Made by a program: the position numbers and the translations under genes. A stretch of 62,640 nucleotides of DNA, taken from sequence record DRR378314_1035; one strand, 5' to 3'. Below are positions 57,086 through 62,640 of the stretch, piece by piece. Each line of letters starts with the position of its first letter. Position 1 is the stretch's first letter. The notes under the pieces are model-generated. The model was not told the origin of the DNA and did not search any database. It saw only the letters and a list, made by a program, of their open reading frames with translations.

Positions 57086-59173
57086 TTAATTCGTATATTC
57101 AGGTTTTGACCAAGTACACTTAGTTTTCCAATTAGCTGGAAAGTCTTTTTGGATCTCTTCTAAAAATTCGAGCCATAAAGCAAAAACACTTTTAAACTGC
57201 TCAATAGTTTCCTGCTCATCCTCAAAGAAATAAAGTAATGTCAGTAGAGGGCAGTGAAAGTATAGCAATGTTCCTTTAATAATATGAAACAAATGGGGAT
57301 GCGCAGATTTCCTATACGCATACACCAGCCTTTGTTGAGCCTTTAATAATTCGTGTGCTTCTTCACGTGAAGAGAAGTTACGATTGCCAATCTCAATTAA
57401 ATAATCACATAAAGATTGAAATTCATCTAAGCCAACTAACTGCTCAACGCTTTTTAACTCAATGTTTTTGAAGTGTTGTGATTTGATTAAATCGATAATA
57501 GCTTCTTTATTGAAATCATTATTTTCAATAAAGACATCCTCGCTATGTAACGGGATAGCCCCACGAATTTTTGCGCCATCTCCTACATTATAAACATCAC
57601 ACATAGAAGCACCATTAACTAGCCGATCAAACGTTGTTTTTGATAGTGCTAACAGTGGCGCGGCTAATACTTCTGAGCCAAAATTCCCCTCCAACTTTAT
57701 AGACGCGTCCCCAAGTGGTTTAAAGGAAGATTTTAGCCGAGTATCGTTATAAATGCTTAATTTTGAATGTGTTTCACCGCTAAGAGGATATCCATTATCA
57801 ACACCAAACAAATATACCTGTTTAAATCCCATGGTAATGGCGTAGGATAATGCCGTATTGGACACTAATGGGCCACAAGCAGGTAAGGCAGTAATCCCTC
57901 GACCATATTGTTTCATAGAACACATGGAAAGAAATGCAGAGCTAGCCTCAGGGCCTTTTAGCCCTAATCCAGCCCATTTATATAGGCCAATTACATCTGG
58001 ATACATAACATCTACTGCCAACAAATTAACATCTTTGTACCCAGACTCAGGTGCTATTTTCTTTTGTATATCATAGGTGATCTTAGGTCTTTCAACTAAA
58101 ACATGAAAATCGGCTTTTATGCCTGCTTTAATTAAACTCTGGAAAGCTGTACCACCTGCAATTATGATTACTTTATTTTGATATTGTTTTATGACATCAA
58201 TCGCTTCATCCAATGAAGGTCCATTACCCACAACAAAAACTGGAATGTCTTTTAAAGCTTGTTGGGCATGATGGGAAGCATATAAAAAAGCAGTGCCTTG
58301 TTCTACATTATGTATTGCATGTGCAAGACCCGTAGTGGCGTCGTTATAAAAGCCAAACCCTTGATGAAGTTGATAGTAATTATCAAAAAAAACTTTTATT
58401 AGGCCATTTATTTCATCTGAAGGGTAGTGCTGAAAACAAAAGCTATTTATAACTGAAAAAGCACCTATATCTTCCGATATTTTAAAAATTTCATTAAAGA
58501 AGTCTTCATAACTTATGCCTAAATGTAAAAAAAGGCAGCCTCCATTTTCATCAATTCTTTCTATCACGCTAGACCAATCAATACAAAAAAGACTAGCATA
58601 AAACATTTCCAAATCTGGCTCACAAATGAAGAGATAATCAAAGGTGTGCTTTTCTAATAACTCGGGTATGTGGTAACCAAGCCCAATACCAAATATGAGA
58701 CAACTTGGAAATATTTCAGGCAGCGAGTCTAACCGCTTACTCCTCATATTTTGAACCTTACTTAACTCCTTTGTAAGCTTATGCATATATTGAACATGAA
58801 GCCTTTCATCATTACTTTCCCACTGACTACTGGAGAAGTAATTGGTTCTACTAAAATTGGCTTTGTTTGTATATTTTTCAACTTGCTCTTTAGCTTGCTT
58901 TAGCGGGTCATCGTCATAAAGTGGTACACTTTTTCCCTTAGGAAAAAAATTGCCGTGCCCACTCTTAGTAACATGGATGCAAAAATCATCTCTACAACTA
59001 AAGTTTTCTATGTGTTCTGCTATGCTGGGGTAATATTTTTGAAAAGCGAGAAAGTTTCTTTCAAAACGAGAGTTTGCTTCGTGCTCAAAAACCTGTTCTC
59101 TTTTTTTGTATTCGATAGAGCTCTCAAGCTGCTCTTCTAGATATTTTAGTTGTTCTTCGATACTCTTGTTCAT
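57086..59173 (-). CDS. maf: Motility associated factor Maf (DUF115; flagellin glycosyltransferase)
   Basis: IFGIGLGYH, FICEPD, VGNGPSLD, DFHVLVER, VSNTAL...GFKQVYLFGVD; directly downstream of fliD-fliS. Confidence 0.88.
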   Translation of the reverse strand: MNKSIEEQLKYLEEQLESSIEYKKREQVFEHEANSRFERNFLAFQKYYPSIAEHIENFSCRDDFCIHVTKSGHGNFFPKGKSVPLYDDDPLKQAKEQVEKYTNKANFSRTNYFSSSQWESNDERLHVQYMHKLTKELSKVQNMRSKRLDSLPEIFPSCLIFGIGLGYHIPELLEKHTFDYLFICEPDLEMFYASLFCIDWSSVIERIDENGGCLFLHLGISYEDFFNEIFKISEDIGAFSVINSFCFQHYPSDEINGLIKVFFDNYYQLHQGFGFYNDATTGLAHAIHNVEQGTAFLYASHHAQQALKDIPVFVVGNGPSLDEAIDVIKQYQNKVIIIAGGTAFQSLIKAGIKADFHVLVERPKITYDIQKKIAPESGYKDVNLLAVDVMYPDVIGLYKWAGLGLKGPEASSAFLSMCSMKQYGRGITALPACGPLVSNTALSYAITMGFKQVYLFGVDNGYPLSGETHSKLSIYNDTRLKSSFKPLGDASIKLEGNFGSEVLAAPLLALSKTTFDRLVNGASMCDVYNVGDGAKIRGAIPLHSEDVFIENNDFNKEAIIDLIKSQHFKNIELKSVEQLVGLDEFQSLCDYLIEIGNRNFSSREEAHELLKAQQRLVYAYRKSAHPHLFHIIKGTLLYFHCPLLTLLYFFEDEQETIEQFKSVFALWLEFLEEIQKDFPANWKTKCTWSKPEYTN

Positions 59174-59186
59174 AAGGTGGCAATAC

Positions 59187-59495
59187 CTATTTTATGCTAT
59201 TATATACACCTAGCCCTTTTTTGTTACTCAAAAAAGTAGTTAGTTCCTTCTTCGCATCAGACTTTTGTTCTGCAATTAAATTTGTTAGCTCATGCAATGA
59301 AGATAGTAGTTTACTTATAAAATCAATTTCATTGGTTTTAAAGGAGTGCTCAATTGAAAAAAGCTCTACAAGTAACTTATCTATAATAACAAGTTCTTTG
59401 GTGGCATCTTGGGTTTTATTTTCTTTAACGTACAGTGTAATTTTATTCAAATGAAAGTCTAATTCATCGAGCTTGCTACCCAACATTTGCATCAA
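59187..59495 (-). CDS. Small helical protein after fliS, FliT-like by position
   Basis: About 100 aa, helical, ends KKGLGVY; overlaps the fliS stop; start uncertain (59486/59492/59495). Confidence 0.6.
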   Translation of the reverse strand: MMQMLGSKLDELDFHLNKITLYVKENKTQDATKELVIIDKLLVELFSIEHSFKTNEIDFISKLLSSLHELTNLIAEQKSDAKKELTTFLSNKKGLGVYNSIK

Positions 59496-59904
59496 TACCG
59501 TTTTCGCTCAAAGTTTTTTCGCGAATATCATGTGGAATCGCATCCCAGCCTGATTTGATTTCTTTAAGAAGTGATGAAACTTCATCAATAATTTCCACAT
59601 CATTGTTTAGCGTAGCATCTACTAGGCGGTCAATCATATACGAGTATAATGCATAAAGGTTTTCTGTAACCTCCCCCCCAGCATCAAAATCTAAACACCC
59701 CCTTAGTGCTTCTAATATAGCTGAAGCCTTTGACAAGTGCTCACTTTTTGCTTCAAGGTGCTTTTTTTCAATCGCTACCCTAGCGAAAACCATCTTCTCA
59801 ATCGCGCCAGCCATAAGCATTTGAATTATTTCGTAACGATCAGCACCTGCAATACGACTTTTAAGTGCTTCTTTCTGATAATTTTTAACTTTAGCATTAT
59901 ACAT
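59476..59904 (-). CDS. fliS: Flagellin chaperone FliS
   Basis: IIQMLMAGA, L.G.LDFDAGGEV.ENLYALY.YM, EIKSGWDAI. Confidence 0.95.
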   Translation of the reverse strand: MYNAKVKNYQKEALKSRIAGADRYEIIQMLMAGAIEKMVFARVAIEKKHLEAKSEHLSKASAILEALRGCLDFDAGGEVTENLYALYSYMIDRLVDATLNNDVEIIDEVSSLLKEIKSGWDAIPHDIREKTLSENGIDANVG

Positions 59905-59941
59905 AACTCACCCAACTATATTTTAAAGCTTAATTTAATTA

Positions 59942-61342
59942 CTATTTCGATTTAACAAAACCAGGTAAACTCGATAATTGAGCACCCAGATACTGTTGCG
60001 TTGACTGCATCTGCGCAAGCAATACATCTAAGCCTGAATACTGTTTACGTAAACGGCCTTCCAATTCTGACATTCTATACTCATGATTGATTACATCATC
60101 TTCTATTTCATCTATCTGCGAGTTTAAGCTTGTCTCTCTTTGCTTTAATATTCCATCTTTTTCAACATAGTTATTCAATAATGACTCTAGCTTTCCGGCA
60201 ACGCCATTTTCACCAGCAAAAATCTTGCCAATATCATCAAAGTTTTCATCCATAGCCACATTCAAGCTTCGAACTAAAGACGATTTTTCTAAATATCCTT
60301 CTTTATTAACCCCAAGGCCTAAATCAAAAACGGTTTCAAATGGTCCTGCTCCTTCAACATTCAAACCCAAAGTATTTACTAGTTGGGAGCTCAACGTACG
60401 TAATGTTGAATCACCATTTAATGGCTTACCTATTCTAGATTGTAAGCCTATTTGGCCCACAGCATTGTTATAATTAGCTATTAATTCATCAATAAGTAAT
60501 GTCGCACTTTCACGATCATACTCCACGGCTAGCTTAGCAGTTTCACCGTCTATACTTTCCCGCTTTGCAATGATAGTCATATCCTGAACAGCATCTTTAA
60601 AAGTATTGCTACTATTAGTGATAGTAATACCATCCACTTTAATCGACGCATCTGAAGCCTCATTACCGGCAGCTATTACAATACCAGGACTTCCACCGCC
60701 ACTAGCCACAGTAGAGACATTATCTAATTCGGCATTATCATTTGTAATAACTAAATCATTCCCCGCACCAGTCTCATTTGATGTAAGAACTAATTTTGCT
60801 TCTGTTCCCGTATTTATAATATTAGCAGTGACACCAAAATTTGTATCAGCATCGTTGATAGCATCACGAAGTTCAGCAAGAGTAGCCCCTGCATCTAATG
60901 TGAGATCAAAGCTTTTACTACCTGCAGCAAAAGTCATTGTTCCGCCAGAAGCTGTTACAACGTCTTCAGTTGAAGTAAATAGTCCGTCATTGGAAGTTGC
61001 ACGGCTCCCCTGCGCTATAGCTAGAACCTCGATTTTAAAGTTACCAGGTGTTATGTTAGAGGTAGGAGTTACAGAGATCAGGTCACCGTCATCACTAGTT
61101 GGCTGATTAATTTCGGCTTTTCTTTTATTGAAGTTTTCAGGATCTGCAAGCTTTTCAATCGTATCTTGCAATTTAGAAAGAGCAGACTTCACCTCACCGA
61201 TAGAGGATAGCTCAACTTGAAGCGCCTTATCTTTAGTAGCAAATGCATTCATTTTGGGAACGTTTTCAGCATCAACTGATGCCTGTATGATGCTCTCGAG
61301 ATCTAGCCCAGATCCAATGCCTGCGGATGTTATAAGTGGCAT
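59942..61342 (-). CDS. fliD: Filament cap protein FliD
   Basis: ITSAGIGSGLDLESII, LRDAIN, LVLTSNETG, LRKQYSGLD. Confidence 0.96.
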   Translation of the reverse strand: MPLITSAGIGSGLDLESIIQASVDAENVPKMNAFATKDKALQVELSSIGEVKSALSKLQDTIEKLADPENFNKRKAEINQPTSDDGDLISVTPTSNITPGNFKIEVLAIAQGSRATSNDGLFTSTEDVVTASGGTMTFAAGSKSFDLTLDAGATLAELRDAINDADTNFGVTANIINTGTEAKLVLTSNETGAGNDLVITNDNAELDNVSTVASGGGSPGIVIAAGNEASDASIKVDGITITNSSNTFKDAVQDMTIIAKRESIDGETAKLAVEYDRESATLLIDELIANYNNAVGQIGLQSRIGKPLNGDSTLRTLSSQLVNTLGLNVEGAGPFETVFDLGLGVNKEGYLEKSSLVRSLNVAMDENFDDIGKIFAGENGVAGKLESLLNNYVEKDGILKQRETSLNSQIDEIEDDVINHEYRMSELEGRLRKQYSGLDVLLAQMQSTQQYLGAQLSSLPGFVKSK

Positions 61343-61371
61343 ACCTCTCTCCTACTATCTGTTCCAAAAAA

Positions 61372-61806
61372 TTATGCGATTTGATTAAACAACAAACCCT
61401 TGTTAGTTAATTTATCGGCAAATTCGTCTAAAGCTTTAGCTACTTCCCGAAATTCTTCACTAGGGATTTCACGTATTACTTTTTCACTCTCTTTATCATA
61501 CACTTTGATTATTGGCGGTTCACCATTTTCATCAAATTCAAATTTCAAGTTAGTTGATGTAACGGGAATATACTGATTTAATTTTTCTAAGTTTTCTTTC
61601 ACTTCATCGATCAGCGCTTTTCTTTCACTTTCAGAATCAAGCTGCTTACTATCATCAACAAGTGCCGCTTCTCTATTAGCAATTTCTGTACCGCCTTGTT
61701 CAACGGTTGATTTTTTGTTCGTCTCATTTAATTCATTTTTATTTGTAAAAGATGAATTAGTTGTGAAGTTTTCACCTGATTTAATTATTGCACTTAAGTC
61801 AGCCAT
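61372..61806 (-). CDS. flaG: Flagellar protein FlaG
   Basis: LKFEFD...IIKVYDKESEKVIREIPSEE...GLLF; between flagellin and fliD. Confidence 0.92.
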   Translation of the reverse strand: MADLSAIIKSGENFTTNSSFTNKNELNETNKKSTVEQGGTEIANREAALVDDSKQLDSESERKALIDEVKENLEKLNQYIPVTSTNLKFEFDENGEPPIIKVYDKESEKVIREIPSEEFREVAKALDEFADKLTNKGLLFNQIA

Positions 61807-61836
61807 AATAACTCTCCTTCAAAACACAGATAAAGT

Positions 61837-61875
61837 ATAAGTCATTATCGAGATAATATCCCAATAATGACTTAT
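61837..61875 (-). terminator. 18-bp RNA hairpin between flagellin and flaG (attenuator or stabiliser)
   Basis: Minus-strand ATAAGTCATTATTGGGAT-ATT-ATCTCGATAATGACTTAT, fully paired only with two G-U pairs. Confidence 0.65.
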
Positions 61876-61883
61876 GAACTAAA

Positions 61884-62640
61884 TTAACCAAGCAAAGACA
61901 GTGCGACTTGAGGTCTTTGATTAGCTTGGCTCAAAATAGAGCTACTAGCTTGTTGTAATATCTGCATTTTAGTTAAGTTAGCAGTTTCAGTTGCAAAATC
62001 AGTATCCTGAATACGTGAACGAGCTGCTGACAGGTTCTCAGATACATTGGATTGGTTACGAATTGTAGATTGAAAACGATTTTGGACCGCACCTAGCTCG
62101 GCACGTTTTTTATCAACTACAGCAATCAGTGCATCCATACCAGCAAGCACCTGTTGCGCACCTGCTTGAGTAGAAACAGAGATACCTGTTTCGGTAAAAA
62201 TTGTTGCAAATGTTCCAGATGCATCATATGCAGAGTCTACAGCTGATATAGCAGACTGCTGAGCTGTAGCAATAAAACCGACAGATGGAGCACCGTGTAA
62301 TGCTTTACCTGTTACAGTAGATGCAGCGCCAGCTAAACCAGATAAGGTAAAGCCACCATTTGCAGTTAAAGAGTTACCAGCAGCAGTCCCACCAACATTC
62401 TCCATACTGAAACCAATTGTCTGTGCAGCATCAGCACCCACTTGAAAACTAGCTTCATAAGAGCCATCTAGTAGGTTTTGACCACCAAAAGTTGTATCTT
62501 GCGCTACACGATTAACTTCAGACATTAAAGAGCGAATTTCTTCTTGAACAGCAAGGCGATCTTCGTCCGTATTAGAACCATTAGCCGCTTGTTGCGATAA
62601 TGTTCTAACTCGTTGGAACATTGATGTTACTTCATCAAGT
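61884..62640 (-). CDS. Flagellin, 5' end outside the window
   Basis: QRVRTLSQQAANG, FQVGA, S/T/A-rich variable region, RAELGAVQNR, SRIQDTDFATE, QANQRPQVALSLLG; frame runs to the window edge. Confidence 0.96.
   Translation of the reverse strand, partial: LDEVTSMFQRVRTLSQQAANGSNTDEDRLAVQEEIRSLMSEVNRVAQDTTFGGQNLLDGSYEASFQVGADAAQTIGFSMENVGGTAAGNSLTANGGFTLSGLAGAASTVTGKALHGAPSVGFIATAQQSAISAVDSAYDASGTFATIFTETGISVSTQAGAQQVLAGMDALIAVVDKKRAELGAVQNRFQSTIRNQSNVSENLSAARSRIQDTDFATETANLTKMQILQQASSSILSQANQRPQVALSLLG

Noticed and set aside
58385-58392. A8 homopolymer in maf as a phase-variation tract
   Set aside because: Short A/T run in an AT-rich gene with the frame intact; expected by chance
60225-61106. 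Plus-strand ORFs opposite fliD
   Set aside because: Antisense shadows fully overlapping a confident gene
1-62640. CRISPR arrays, tRNA/rRNA/tmRNA, riboswitches, IS elements, integrases or prophage genes
   Set aside because: None recognised by eye: intergenic gaps are short, show no regularly spaced repeats, and no ORF resembles a transposase or integrase. An Rfam/cmscan run would be needed to exclude small RNAs

Overview
A 62.6 kb stretch of core chromosome from a marine gammaproteobacterium; gene order and protein sequences suggest Pseudoalteromonas (inferred, not searched). The first ~19 kb is housekeeping: ratB/ratA, smpB (no tmRNA gene beside it), a TonB-dependent receptor, peroxiredoxin, fadR, a decayed lipoprotein gene, dsbB, comEA, LexA-controlled yebG, putP, an EAL-HDOD phosphodiesterase, mlaA and the full ccmABCDEFGHI operon. 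The remaining ~43 kb is the polar flagellum/chemotaxis supercluster, almost all on the minus strand: flagellin (partial), flaG, fliD, fliS, fliT-like, maf, a chimeric SDR, a short flagellin-like gene, flrA, [tag], flrBC, fliE-R, flhBAFG, fliA, cheYZAB, motC/motD-like, parC, parP, cheW and DUF2802-like, plus a plus-strand pair encoding a second FliK-like protein and an FlhB C-terminal-fragment protein. I saw no rRNA, tRNA, CRISPR array, IS or prophage, and I cannot claim a wholly new system. The best leads are: (1) an in-frame fusion of a LegB-like N-terminus to an SDR C-terminus, apparently the scar of a deleted flagellin-glycosylation sugar pathway that left Maf orphaned; (2) three acidic CheA linker repeats resembling the CheY-binding peptide of FliM; (3) the second FliK/FlhB-CC pair; (4) a minimal flagellin paralogue; (5) a readable sigma54/FlrA/FlrC regulatory map that includes a probable flrA autoregulatory site. 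All family calls come from motif recognition by eye, without database searches.
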